Assembly: GCA_000002445.1 (NCBI GenBank)
Contig: AE017150.2
Location: forward strand, 1,088,001-1,152,000
Length of the DNA: 64,000 bases
Reading direction: 5' to 3'
From: Trypanosoma brucei
Taxonomy: Eukaryota
Shown here: piece by piece, positions 1 to 9,578 of the stretch
Position numbering within the stretch: position 1 is the stretch's first letter
Layout of the letters: the number at the start of each line of letters is the position of its first letter
The notes under the pieces: model-generated
What the model saw: only the letters and a program-made list of their open reading frames with translations
Told to the model about the DNA's origin: nothing
The model's database searches: none
Translations under genes and position numbers: made by a program

Positions 1-175
1 TATTAATATAATTATAATTATTATAATTATTAAGATTATTATTATTATTATCCAGTTCTCCCCGTGTTTTGTGCTTACGTTTCTTTCCTAATTTCTTTCT
101 TTTTTAAAGTAGCGGCCAAGCCCCGTGGTGCTGGAATTTTCTTCATAAACGTGATTAGGTGTGACTAAAGCACCT

Positions 176-250
176 TCTGGCTGTCGTCGTAGTTGTTGTT
201 ATTGCTTCTTCTTCCTTTTTTTTCTTTTTATTTTGTTTGTTTGTCGTTTG
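176..250 (+). promoter_or_regulatory. Polypyrimidine tract upstream of the GPI-PLC ATG; candidate SL trans-splicing signal
   Basis: A C/T-rich run (cttcttcttccttttttttctttttattttgtttgtttgtcgtttg) is followed by AG dinucleotides before the ATG at 353, as expected for kinetoplastid trans-splicing. Confidence 0.4.
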
Positions 251-278
251 TGTGTGGGTGCGTGTGGGTGTGTGAGAG

Positions 279-280
<2 letters not shown>

Positions 281-309
<29 letters not shown>

Positions 310-312
310 AAA
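281..312. repeat. (AAAG)n microsatellite in the GPI-PLC 5' region
   Basis: aaagaaagaaagaaagaaagaaagaaagaaag read directly from the sequence. Confidence 0.9.
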
Positions 313-352
313 AGAGGGGAAGGGGACTTTGAGACGGTTAAGAATCTTTGTA

Positions 353-1429
353 ATGTTTGGTGGTGTAAAGTGGTCACCGCAGTCATGGATGAGTGACACG
401 CGGTCTTCCATTGAGAAGAAATGTATTGGTCAAGTATATATGGTAGGAGCACATAATGCAGGAACACACGGCATACAAATGTTTTCCCCGTTTGGATTAG
501 ATGCCCCTGAAAAGTTACGAAGCCTCCCTCCATATGTGACCTTTCTTTTAAGATTTCTTACTGTTGGTGTGAGCAGCAGATGGGGACGTTGTCAAAATCT
601 TTCTATTCGACAGCTTTTGGATCATGGGGTGCGTTATCTCGACTTACGCATGAACATAAGTCCGGATCAGGAAAATAAAATTTACACAACGCATTTCCAT
701 ATTTCTGTTCCACTACAAGAGGTTCTGAAGGATGTCAAGGATTTCTTGACCACACCTGCAAGCGCCAACGAATTTGTCATCCTCGATTTCTTGCATTTCT
801 ACGGATTTAATGAGAGCCATACGATGAAGCGCTTTGTTGAGGAGCTGCAAGCACTTGAGGAGTTTTACATTCCCACAACCGTCTCTTTAACCACACCACT
901 TTGTAACCTCTGGCAGTCAACCAGACGTATTTTTCTTGTTGTGAGACCTTATGTAGAATACCCTTATGCACGACTCCGCAGTGTTGCGCTTAAATCCATT
1001 TGGGTTAATCAAATGGAGTTGAATGATCTTCTCGACCGGTTGGAGGAACTCATGACGCGTGATTTGGAAGATGTCAGTATTGGCGGGGTTCCATCTAAAA
1101 TGTACGTCACGCAAGCTATCGGTACGCCGCGAAATAACGACTTTGCGGTGGCAGCGTGTTGTGGCGCGTGTCCCGGTTCACATCCCGATTTGTATTCCGC
1201 TGCAAAGCATAAAAATCCACATCTTTTGCAGTGGTTTTATGATTTAAATGTTAATGGTGTTATGCGAGGGGAGCGTGTGACTATAAGACGGGGAAACAAT
1301 ACACATGGAAATATACTTTTGCTTGATTTCGTGCAAGAAGGCACTTGTACCGTTAAGGGAGTCGACAAACCGATGAATGCCGTTGCGTTATGCGTTCATT
1401 TAAACACCAACCAAACCGCAAGGTCATAA
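353..1429 (+). CDS. GPI-PLC: Glycosylphosphatidylinositol-specific phospholipase C (VSG lipase), PI-PLC X-domain protein, 358 aa
   Basis: Reading frame from the ATG at 353 (MFGGVKWSPQSWMSDTRSS...GAHNAGTHG...YLDLRM...) to the stop at 1429 gives 358 aa, which matches my recalled length and N-terminus of T. brucei GPI-PLC. The supplied ORF (161..) begins at a GTG and reads through an (AAAG)n/polypyrimidine tract; I reject that extension. Confidence 0.88.
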   Translation: MFGGVKWSPQSWMSDTRSSIEKKCIGQVYMVGAHNAGTHGIQMFSPFGLDAPEKLRSLPPYVTFLLRFLTVGVSSRWGRCQNLSIRQLLDHGVRYLDLRMNISPDQENKIYTTHFHISVPLQEVLKDVKDFLTTPASANEFVILDFLHFYGFNESHTMKRFVEELQALEEFYIPTTVSLTTPLCNLWQSTRRIFLVVRPYVEYPYARLRSVALKSIWVNQMELNDLLDRLEELMTRDLEDVSIGGVPSKMYVTQAIGTPRNNDFAVAACCGACPGSHPDLYSAAKHKNPHLLQWFYDLNVNGVMRGERVTIRRGNNTHGNILLLDFVQEGTCTVKGVDKPMNAVALCVHLNTNQTARS

Positions 1430-2024
1430 AAATGTGGGAAAAAAAACAAATCTCTGCTGCGTTTGTGACTGAAACAAGGGTTTAAAAGTAAAAAAAAAGT
1501 TAAGTGGACGACGAAATAACAACAAAGGGAAGGAAGGAAAATTAAAATTAAAAAAAAAATTAAAAAAAAAAGGGCGACAACGACGTTGGAAGAGTGTGAA
1601 CTATATACATATATATATATGTATTCCTCCTGTTTTTTTTTGATTTGTCTCTTGCTTAAAAAAGAAAGAAGAAGAAGAGGAGGAGGGGGAGAGAAAAGAA
1701 AAAAGAAAGCGATCAAATGAAAGGTCAGTGGATTATTGAGGGGGACGGTGTTTGAAAGAGAGAGTGAATGCGAATACATGTGCCAGTGGTACTGCTGCTA
1801 TATTAAAAAAAAAAATTATACGGGTATGGTGTGGAAGCAAATGTGGGGGTTTTTATTTTTAATCCTTAAAAAGCAAAAGCAAAAGCAAAAAACGGGAAAC
1901 TAATACGCTATGCGTTTTGTGCCTTAAATGTACGGGCCCTCACATGCTTTATTTTCCATTCTGGTTTTTACCCGTATTCAACTTTTATTCCATTTTTTCT
2001 TTATTTTTATATATGCATGCGTGC

Positions 2025-2044
2025 ATATATATATATATATATAT
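2025..2044. repeat. (TA)n microsatellite
   Basis: tatatatatatatatatata seen in the sequence. Confidence 0.85.
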
Positions 2045-2847
2045 TTATATGTTGATTTATTTATTTATGCATTATTGTGTCCCTTATTATGCTTTCTTTT
2101 CTTCCCAAATTTCTTCCATTTTGCTTTGAAAATTTGTGGTCATACGGAATTGGTATGAAAGGAGGAGTTTTACAACAGCAACAAAAAAAAAAAGAAAAAG
2201 AAAAAAAAGAGAAAAGAAAAGAATAATTTAAAGAAAATAAAATAAAATAAAGAAAAGAAAAGAGAGATGATGTCGGTTAAAAAAAAAAGGGAAGGATGTT
2301 GAGTGGAGAAGTGGAGGAAATAAATAACAACAATGCACCAAACAGCAGTTTAGTTTTTTTTTTTTGCTACACATATTTCTACATGTATATTTACTTATGT
2401 TTCCGTACGAATACAAAATGAATACATTTCTATATTTTTGTATTTGTAATCGCCACTCTTTTGAATTTAAACAGAAAAGAAAAAAAAAATTAAAAAGAAG
2501 AGAAGGAGTGAAAAGTGCGAAGTGAAAGAGGGGGAAAAAAAAAAAGAAATCGGAAGGGAATTGCACGTGTCTCCCGTGAAGGAATGTTTTTTTTTTTTTA
2601 ACGTAAAAGTAAATAAATAATGCAAGGAAAAGAGTGAAAATCTAATAAAAATAAAATGAACTTTTAGATATTGATGAAACGGCTGCTGCAAAACAAATGA
2701 TATGTTTTTTTTTTTAAATGCACCACCTCATCAAAGTAGAGAATTAAAGTTTTTTTTTTTTAGAAAAAAAAGCGGAAAATATACGTATGGAATTGGGAAT
2801 GGAATAAGAGGAGGAGAAAGAAGAAGAGGAAGAAGAAAAGTGGTGCT

Positions 2848-2887
2848 TTTTTGTTTGTTTGTTTGTTTGTTTGTTTGTTTGTTTGTT
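2848..2887. repeat. (TTTG)n microsatellite
   Basis: ttttgtttgtttgtttgtttgtttgtttgtttg seen in the sequence. Confidence 0.9.
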
Positions 2888-3581
2888 AGGTTGCGTAAAA
2901 CATATACGCATCAATAGAAAACAAATAAAAAGTGAAGTGAAGTGAAGGGGAAGGGGAAGAAACAAAAAAAAAAAGAAAGAAAGAAACAAAGGAAAGAGCA
3001 CCTTTTTGGTTTTTTTGTTTAAATTTTATTTTTACTGAAAAGAAAAAAAGTGCAAGAACGAAGTTTGGTGTGCAGATCCTGTGAGGTTTATATTCCTTAT
3101 TTAACTTCCACCTAGTTTGGTGCATGTTTAATTTTTTTTTCTCTTTTTCTACTTGGTATTTAATTTGGTTTCTGTCTATTTTCGTTTTGATGCACTTATG
3201 CATTTGTTTGCTTACGCCTTTTGCCTTCCTTTGCTTTGTTTTGTCTCAACCTCTCTTCCATTCGGTTGCTATCATTGATTATTAAATAAATATCTAAATA
3301 TTTATATTTTTATGGTGATTTTGATTATCACGATTATCATCATCATTATTATTAGTATTAGTATTATTGGTGATTTGTTTATTTGTGGGTACAACCACCG
3401 TATGATTATTGCCGTTATTGTTGTACTTATTATCCTTTAAAAAAAATAATAATAATAATTGTGTAGGCTGTTTCTTCTCCTCTCTTCTCCCCTCTTCTTC
3501 TTCTTTTTTTTTAAACTTCGTCTTTTCAATTTTTTTCTTTTTGAGGAAGGGGGAGGAGAGGGGAGGGGCGTTGTCACTCGT

Positions 3582-3608
3582 ACACACACACACACATACA
3601 CACATACA
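3582..3608. repeat. (CA)n imperfect microsatellite
   Basis: acacacacacacacatacacacatac seen in the sequence. Confidence 0.8.
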
Positions 3609-3652
3609 TATGTATACGTATATTGTATATACATATGTATCTGTGTACGCTT

Positions 3653-3676
3653 ATATATATATATATATATATATGT
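3653..3676. repeat. (TA)n microsatellite
   Basis: tatatatatatatatatatatat seen in the sequence. Confidence 0.85.
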
Positions 3677-4539
3677 ATATTTATTATATAGTTAAATAAT
3701 AGCTAATAAATGAATAATATAAATAATAATAATAATTGATTAATTAAATTATTAAAGCGTGAATTCCATTGTGTTACTTCTATATTTACCGTGTTTTCTT
3801 GTTTGACATGGTGTGGCGATTATAATTCGTCTTCTTCTTATCCCTTTTTCACTCGCTTTCTCATTTTCTCTGACTTCTCTTTCATATTTTTCTTTTGGTT
3901 ATTGAAATGTTATTGAAGTTTAAGTATCCGATAGTGTGTAACCCCCTTTTCCCTCTTTTTCATTCTCGTTGTTTTTGTTTATTTTAATATTTACATCCAA
4001 TTTCTCTTTTACGATTTTTCTTTTTTTTTTTTCCTTTTTTAATCACTTCATAATATTTCCCTCCTTTAAGGAATAATAGTAATGTGAATAATAAAAAGGA
4101 AAGGATTAAAGGATGGAAATACATACATATGTGTATACATACATAAATAAATATATATATCTACACATGCATATATTAAAATGTGCTTCAAATGTGTGAA
4201 GTGATGTGACATGCCGGTTTAATGTCAAATGAAATATTTATTCGTTTAATTGTGGTTGTTGCAGTCGTAACTTCAGGAGGAAATGAGAGAGGTATATTTA
4301 TACAGGTGACACAGATCCCTTTCAATGCTTCATGAAATTTAAAATAATTCGGGAAACTACACACGCACAGTAGATGATACGAGACAAAAATGTAATTTAA
4401 TACAATTTTAATATACATGTGCACATACACTTATTTATTTATTGAAGTGGGGCCTTTATTTTTCACCTAACTTCCTTAATTTATTTACTGTTTTGCAATT
4501 CGTGTGAGTGACCTTTTGTTAACTGTTAACTGCACCCTT

Positions 4540-4615
4540 TTCTTTTCTTGTTTTTTTATTTTTGTCTTTTATCATTATTATTATTTTCTTATTCATATTC
4601 TTTGAAGGGGGAAAA
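4540..4615 (+). promoter_or_regulatory. Polypyrimidine tract upstream of the coatomer beta' gene; candidate trans-splice signal
   Basis: A T/C-rich run (ttcttgtttttttatttttgtcttttatcattattattattttcttattcatattctttg) lies about 320 nt upstream of the ATG at 4934. Confidence 0.35.
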
Positions 4616-4933
4616 AAGAAAGAAAAGAAACCTAACGGTTGGAAGGTTAAATAGAGTGAAAGAGAAGCACGAAACTTTTCACCACCAAATTGGAGGGAAG
4701 GGAAGAAAGAAAAAGAAGAAAAAACAAATCAGAAAGAATATTAAGGAAAAAAAAAATACTGAAAAAAGAAAAAAAAAGAAGGAAGAGCAGAAGTTCTTGT
4801 AGGTGTTATTATTTGCTGTTTTTGTTGTTGTTTTGTTTGTAGAAAAGTAGAAGAAGAGCACAAAAGGAAGAGAAGCAACAGCAGATAAAAAAAGAAAAAT
4901 AAAGAAGAGAGAAAAGGAGAAGGAGAAGGAAAA

Positions 4934-7501
4934 ATGTCGTCAAAAATGATGTCACCGCCCGAAACATTAATGGTAGCAAATAGTGACCGTGTCAAGATGG
5001 TTGACATGCATCCGAAAGAACCACTTTTTCTTTGCTCGCTGTACTCCGGCATCATTAACTTGTGGAACTTTGAGACCCAAGCGCTGCTCAAATCATTTGA
5101 TACGGGCACGGGACTTCCCGTTCGTTGTGTTCGGTTTATACCCCGATTGCAATCGTTTGCCTGCGGTACGGATGATATGCAAGTCCGTGTATTTAACTAT
5201 AACACAATGGAGAGGACACGAACCTTTCAGGCTCATGACGATTACATTCGTGGAATTGTTGCACATGAGACTCTTCCGATTTTACTGACATGTTCGGATG
5301 ACATGACAATTAGACAATGGGATTGGAGTCGTGATTGGGCACTTGTAGAGACTTATGAGGGGCATCAACACTACGTTATGGGTATTGCAATGAACCCAAA
5401 GGACCCTTCCACATTTGCCACTGCTTCATTGGATTGCACAGTAAAGGTATGGAGTTTGAATAGTCCCGTGTCAAACTTCCAGCTCGAGGGACATGAAGAT
5501 GGTGTGAATTGTGTGGATTATTATCCGGGAGGTGACAAGCCATATTTATTGAGTGGAGCGGATGATCGTACTGTGCGACTCTGGGACTATCAAACCAAAG
5601 CTTGCCTGCAAGTTTTCTCGCATCATACGGCAAATGTCACCGCTGTTCTGTTTCACCCCAGCCAACCGCTATTGTTTACACTTGCAGAGGACATGGAAAT
5701 GAAGGTGATCACCACCGACACGCACCGTTTAGTACTTAATCTCGATCATTCTCGTATGAATCGTGGTTGGTCCATGACAACGAAGAAACACGCGAGTGCT
5801 CTGGTGGTTGGTTATGATGGTGGTACTGTTGTATACAAAGTGGGTGATGACAGGCCCGTTTTTACGATGGATTCCAATGGAAAGATCCTATTGGTGGTTG
5901 GTAATGATGTAAGACGTGTAGATGCAAAGGGCATTCCAGCGGATGTGACTGACGGTGACGTGTTGGCACTTCCTTCGAAGGAAATGGGAACGTTGGAGTC
6001 GCGTCCAACCGCTATTGTGTATGGACCCAGTGGGCAGTTCGTAGCAGCGCTTGGGGAAAGTGACTTCACTATACTTTCATCGCTTTCCATGCGGTCAAAA
6101 GCATTCGGTAAATGCATGTCGTTCGTTTGGGGTCCGGACAACGGTTCGTATGCTGTGATGTTGTCGCCTAGGGAGGTACGTATTTGCAAAAATTTCAAAG
6201 ATCGTGGGGCCATATCTCTTGTAGACAGTGCTGAGAGGTTGTTTGCTGGACCGCTGCTTGGTGTTTGCACGGCATCCAGCCTAGCGTTTTATGATTGGGC
6301 GACGTTAAGTTTTATACGGCAAATTGATGAGAGCCCCAAGGCGGTGCAGTGGACTGAAAACGGTGAGTTTGTTGCGATAGTCACCGACTCAGCCTTCTTT
6401 ACATTGCGGTTCAATAGTGACGATGTGGTGGATTATTTTGATGCGCATGACACCACACCGGAGGAGGGGCTTGATTTTGCTTTTGAAGTTGTGGAGGAGG
6501 TTATGGAGAGCGCGAAGGAAGTGTTATGGGTAAGTAACTGTGTTGTGTTCATCAACCAAGCGCATCGACTTTGTTATTACGTTGCGGGAGAAATCAACAG
6601 CATTGCGGTGGTGTCCCGTGATCAATACCTCCTTGGGTACTTGCCCAAGGAGAACAGGGTTCTTTGCATTGATAAGGACCTGAACATTACAAGTTACCTA
6701 ATTCCTCTCGGTATAATTGAATGCATGACTGCTGTGGCTCGGGGAGATTTGGTGGCCGTTCAAGCGCTGGTTCCTCCGCTTGGGGCACGTGAGAAATTAT
6801 TGGTCGCACGTTTCCTGCAGTCAAGGAAATACCTGGAGTTGGCGCTGGAGGTTACATCAGAAGATGACCATCGGTTCGAATTGGCACTGCAACTGGGTCG
6901 ACTGACGATGGCGGAGGAAATCGCTAAACAATCGGGTTCAGTTGGCCATTGGAAGCAGCTTGCGGACGTGGCACTTACGAAGGGCGCGTTTCAACTGGCG
7001 AAGGAGGCCTTATGTAAATGTGGGGATAGTAATGGTCTGCTTTTGCTTTACTCATGCGTGGGTGATATGGAAGCTATTTCAAAGTTGGGTGACACCTGCG
7101 TGGCGAATGGGAGGCTAAATATCGCTTTCACTTGTTTCCACCTAACAAGGCGTTACGCAGATAACGTGGATTTGCTTTGCCGCACAGGCAAACTTGCGGA
7201 AGCTGCCTTTTACGCTCGCACACACTGCCACGGAAAAGTTGACGAAGTTGTAGAAAAGTGGAAACTGGGGCTTGTCCGACTTCCGCGTGTATCGGAAGCT
7301 ATTGCGAATCCCACGGCATATCCCAATCTTTTCCCTAACATGCGGATGAACGCACCGGCGGCTGCGGTGGTGGAGGGCAGCACCATTAAATTCGAAAATG
7401 ATTTAGCGGCGACCAAAAACGGCAGTGCGGTGTTGTCAGCCAGTGGTGTTGGTGTTGGTGTTGGTGTTGGTGGTGACGACGACGAATGGGGTGAGCAGTA
7501 A
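4934..7501 (+). CDS. Coatomer (COPI) beta' subunit, 855 aa: N-terminal WD40 propellers plus C-terminal alpha-solenoid
   Basis: Blocks conserved with metazoan COPB2: SDRVK, DDMQVRVFNYNT.ER, DDM.IRQWDW, EGHQHYVMGIAMNPKD, ASLDCTVKVW, LEGHEDGVNCVDYYPGGDKPYLLSGADDRTVRLWDYQTK. The ATG at 4934 follows a purine-rich leader, and the length is right for beta'-COP. Confidence 0.93.
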   Translation: MSSKMMSPPETLMVANSDRVKMVDMHPKEPLFLCSLYSGIINLWNFETQALLKSFDTGTGLPVRCVRFIPRLQSFACGTDDMQVRVFNYNTMERTRTFQAHDDYIRGIVAHETLPILLTCSDDMTIRQWDWSRDWALVETYEGHQHYVMGIAMNPKDPSTFATASLDCTVKVWSLNSPVSNFQLEGHEDGVNCVDYYPGGDKPYLLSGADDRTVRLWDYQTKACLQVFSHHTANVTAVLFHPSQPLLFTLAEDMEMKVITTDTHRLVLNLDHSRMNRGWSMTTKKHASALVVGYDGGTVVYKVGDDRPVFTMDSNGKILLVVGNDVRRVDAKGIPADVTDGDVLALPSKEMGTLESRPTAIVYGPSGQFVAALGESDFTILSSLSMRSKAFGKCMSFVWGPDNGSYAVMLSPREVRICKNFKDRGAISLVDSAERLFAGPLLGVCTASSLAFYDWATLSFIRQIDESPKAVQWTENGEFVAIVTDSAFFTLRFNSDDVVDYFDAHDTTPEEGLDFAFEVVEEVMESAKEVLWVSNCVVFINQAHRLCYYVAGEINSIAVVSRDQYLLGYLPKENRVLCIDKDLNITSYLIPLGIIECMTAVARGDLVAVQALVPPLGAREKLLVARFLQSRKYLELALEVTSEDDHRFELALQLGRLTMAEEIAKQSGSVGHWKQLADVALTKGAFQLAKEALCKCGDSNGLLLLYSCVGDMEAISKLGDTCVANGRLNIAFTCFHLTRRYADNVDLLCRTGKLAEAAFYARTHCHGKVDEVVEKWKLGLVRLPRVSEAIANPTAYPNLFPNMRMNAPAAAVVEGSTIKFENDLAATKNGSAVLSASGVGVGVGVGGDDDEWGEQ
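7445..7474 (+). repeat. (GGTGTT)n hexanucleotide repeat inside the coatomer C-terminus, encoding (GV)n
   Basis: ggtgttggtgttggtgttggtgttggtggt encodes ...SGVGVGVGVGG... . Confidence 0.85.
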
Positions 7502-8359
7502 TTACGTAAATAATCGGCTTAAGATGGAGTGGTGGACCCGTTATTATTTTTTTTTCCCAATAGCGAGAGACGTCCCGTTTTTGTTTTTGTTTTTGCTTCT
7601 TCTTATACGGAAGGGAAGATTTTTCCTTTTTTTTTTTCAAAGAAGAAAGATGCAGGAAACCAGACAGTAAACACAAATACGGAGGAAAAAGAGCTGATAT
7701 TTACGCATTTTGTTTTCTTTTCCCCCTCCTTCTGAGATTTCCACTCCTTGGAGAGCAAGGCAGGGAATGGGAGGGGAAAAAAGAAAAAAAAAGTTGAAAG
7801 AGGCGGAAACGGACCTGCAGCGGGCGGGAATTGGTAAAGAACAACTTCCCAAACGATTTTATATAAACACACACACACATAAAAAAGAAAACGGTTGGTG
7901 TGATTTGGTTTAGTGCGTCCAGGGGGGGGGGTTGAAAGGATAGTTACTGAATAAGTTAGTAAAATACTAACCCTGTGTTGTATCGCGTTCGACTGTGTTT
8001 TTTTGGCGGTCACGAGGTGTTATAAATTCTGCGGACTAAAAGTGGGGCCCTCTGCTACGCTAATGTGTAAAACAGACGCATTATTTTTCTTTTTCAAACG
8101 AGTCACTGCCACACTTTCGTCATTTTGCCTTTATATGATTTGCTACCGTCACAAACTCTGTACCGTCAGAAGGCCTCTTTCTTTTTCTTTTTTTGTTTGT
8201 CTTGTTATGCATATATCCCTCCTCCTCCTCCTTCTCCCCAGGATTTGCATCTGTGCTATATACTTTCCTCTCTACGCCCTGTTTTTTTTCTTTTTTCCTC
8301 ATGATGTAAACCTAAAGTTGTGTGGCCCCTTGACTGTAGAGGGAAATTTGGGTCTTCAT

Positions 8360-9217
8360 ATGTTCAGCGGGCTTCAGCGTGCACTAACGGTTGTAGGATC
8401 GCCGTTAAGGTACTGCAGACGCTTCCACCATGTAACGGCAGTGCGTTTCTTCGCACGCGTGTCAGGCGACTGGAGCTGCCCGTGTGGTTTCTCAAATTTT
8501 GCGTCACGTTCCGTCTGTTTTCAGTGCCACAGGCAGAAACCTGTTTTTCTCCGTGCTGCTGGTGAGACGTATGAGACAGACATTGGTGTTGCACGTTTTG
8601 CCAACTACAAACGTGGTGATTGGGTGTGTACCTGCGGGTCCCACAACTTTGCTAGACGTGAGACTTGCATGTTGTGTTGCGCGCCGTGTCCCTCAGGTGG
8701 CGGAAAGGCTGAAGCGAAAAGGGCCCGACTGCTTCCAGGTGATTGGATTTGTCCCAAATGTACGACACACAACTTCAGAGGGCGCAAGGAATGCATGCTT
8801 TGTAGTGCAGGGGTTCCAGTAGGGGTGGAGAATGCTACAAATCTTAGCAACGAAACTACTAGTGATTTAAAGGGTAAAGAAAACAGTGAAGAATCACAGC
8901 AACCCCCATGGACATGTGTCGCGTGCCACACAGTTAATGTGAAGGCGGATAAACTTTGTGAAGTGTGCGGCGCTTCCCGGACCGAGTCATCGCGGAGCAC
9001 CTATTCGTCAGTAACGCGACCGGATGATTGGACATGCACGGGGTGTAGTTTCTTAAATTTCTCCTCTAGGGTTAAGTGTAAGAACTGCAAAGCACTCCGG
9101 TCGTCTGGTGAGGTTGAAACGAGTGAGGCCATGTGGATTTGTAACTGTGGGTATAAAAACTTTAAGGACCGTTCCTCCTGCCGTGAGTGTGGAGCCTCTA
9201 AAGAATCAGATTCTTAG
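8360..9217 (+). CDS. Protein with six RanBP2-type zinc fingers (zf-RanBP/ZnF_RBZ), 285 aa from the ATG at 8360
   Basis: Six repeats of W-x-C-x(1-2)-C-x3-N-x6-C-x2-C: DWSCPCGFSNFASRSVCFQC, DWVCTCGSHNFARRETCMLC, DWICPKCTTHNFRGRKECMLC, WTCVACHTVNVKADKLCEVC, DWTCTGCSFLNFSSRVKCKNC and WICNCGYKNFKDRSSCREC. The supplied ORF starts at 8003 but runs through a polypyrimidine tract (8160-8300), so I prefer the first ATG after that tract (8360, MFSGLQ...). The start call is uncertain. Confidence 0.75.
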   Translation: MFSGLQRALTVVGSPLRYCRRFHHVTAVRFFARVSGDWSCPCGFSNFASRSVCFQCHRQKPVFLRAAGETYETDIGVARFANYKRGDWVCTCGSHNFARRETCMLCCAPCPSGGGKAEAKRARLLPGDWICPKCTTHNFRGRKECMLCSAGVPVGVENATNLSNETTSDLKGKENSEESQQPPWTCVACHTVNVKADKLCEVCGASRTESSRSTYSSVTRPDDWTCTGCSFLNFSSRVKCKNCKALRSSGEVETSEAMWICNCGYKNFKDRSSCRECGASKESDS

Positions 9218-9578
9218 CATGCCGCGCGTCGAATACCGTGCACATCCCTCGAGGCGTCTATTTTTCTTTCTCTTTTTCTTCTTTACTTTACTTCTTCTTT
9301 AATTTTTGTCGTTTTGTTATTGTATGGGACTGAATATTGTTTTCCTCCTCCTCCTACTCCACTTTCTTGAGGAATTAACGAACCTGTGTATGTTGCTCCT
9401 CTAAGTTTTAAAACCACATTGTAGGGGTAAACTCTGTGTCTGTACCCGTCCATGCGCTTGTGCATTTGTTGGTTGGGTTAGAGGTATTCCTCTATTCCTT
9501 TCATGCATTTTCGTCCCTTTTCTCTTTTTTCTCTCTCTCTTTTTTTTTTCGTTGGTTCGCATTAGAAAGCACTTTGCC

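Noticed and set aside
161-352. The 5' extension of the first supplied ORF (GTG start at 161; MTKAPSGCRRSCC...ERKKERKKEKE) was considered as a longer gene.
   Set aside because: It begins at GTG and is translated from a polypyrimidine tract and the (AAAG)n microsatellite. The in-frame ATG at 353 gives exactly the 358-aa GPI-PLC, so the extension is an artefact of prokaryote-style ORF calling.
5812-6270. Antisense ORFs inside long genes were considered. Examples are 5812-6270 (-) inside coatomer, 12420-12791 (-) and 13207-13581 (-) inside the K/A/E-rich gene, and 16432-16695 (-) inside the ABC gene.
   Set aside because: These are classic shadow ORFs on the strand opposite a well-supported CDS. 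They have no independent support.
8003-8359. The upstream part of the supplied ORF 8003-9217 and of the supplied ORF 14394-17753 were considered as genuine N-terminal extensions.
   Set aside because: Both upstream parts read straight through long polypyrimidine tracts that are almost certainly the trans-splicing signals for these genes. The encoded peptides are F/L/C-rich nonsense. I preferred the first ATG after each tract (8360 and 14733), while noting the uncertainty.
9283-9465. Short ORFs in the intergenic spacers between the single-copy genes (for example 9283-9465 -, 11116-11376 +, 13958-14191 +) were considered as possible small proteins.
   Set aside because: They are encoded by microsatellite, homopolymer or polypyrimidine sequence (K-, F- and Q-rich translations) and show no coding signature.
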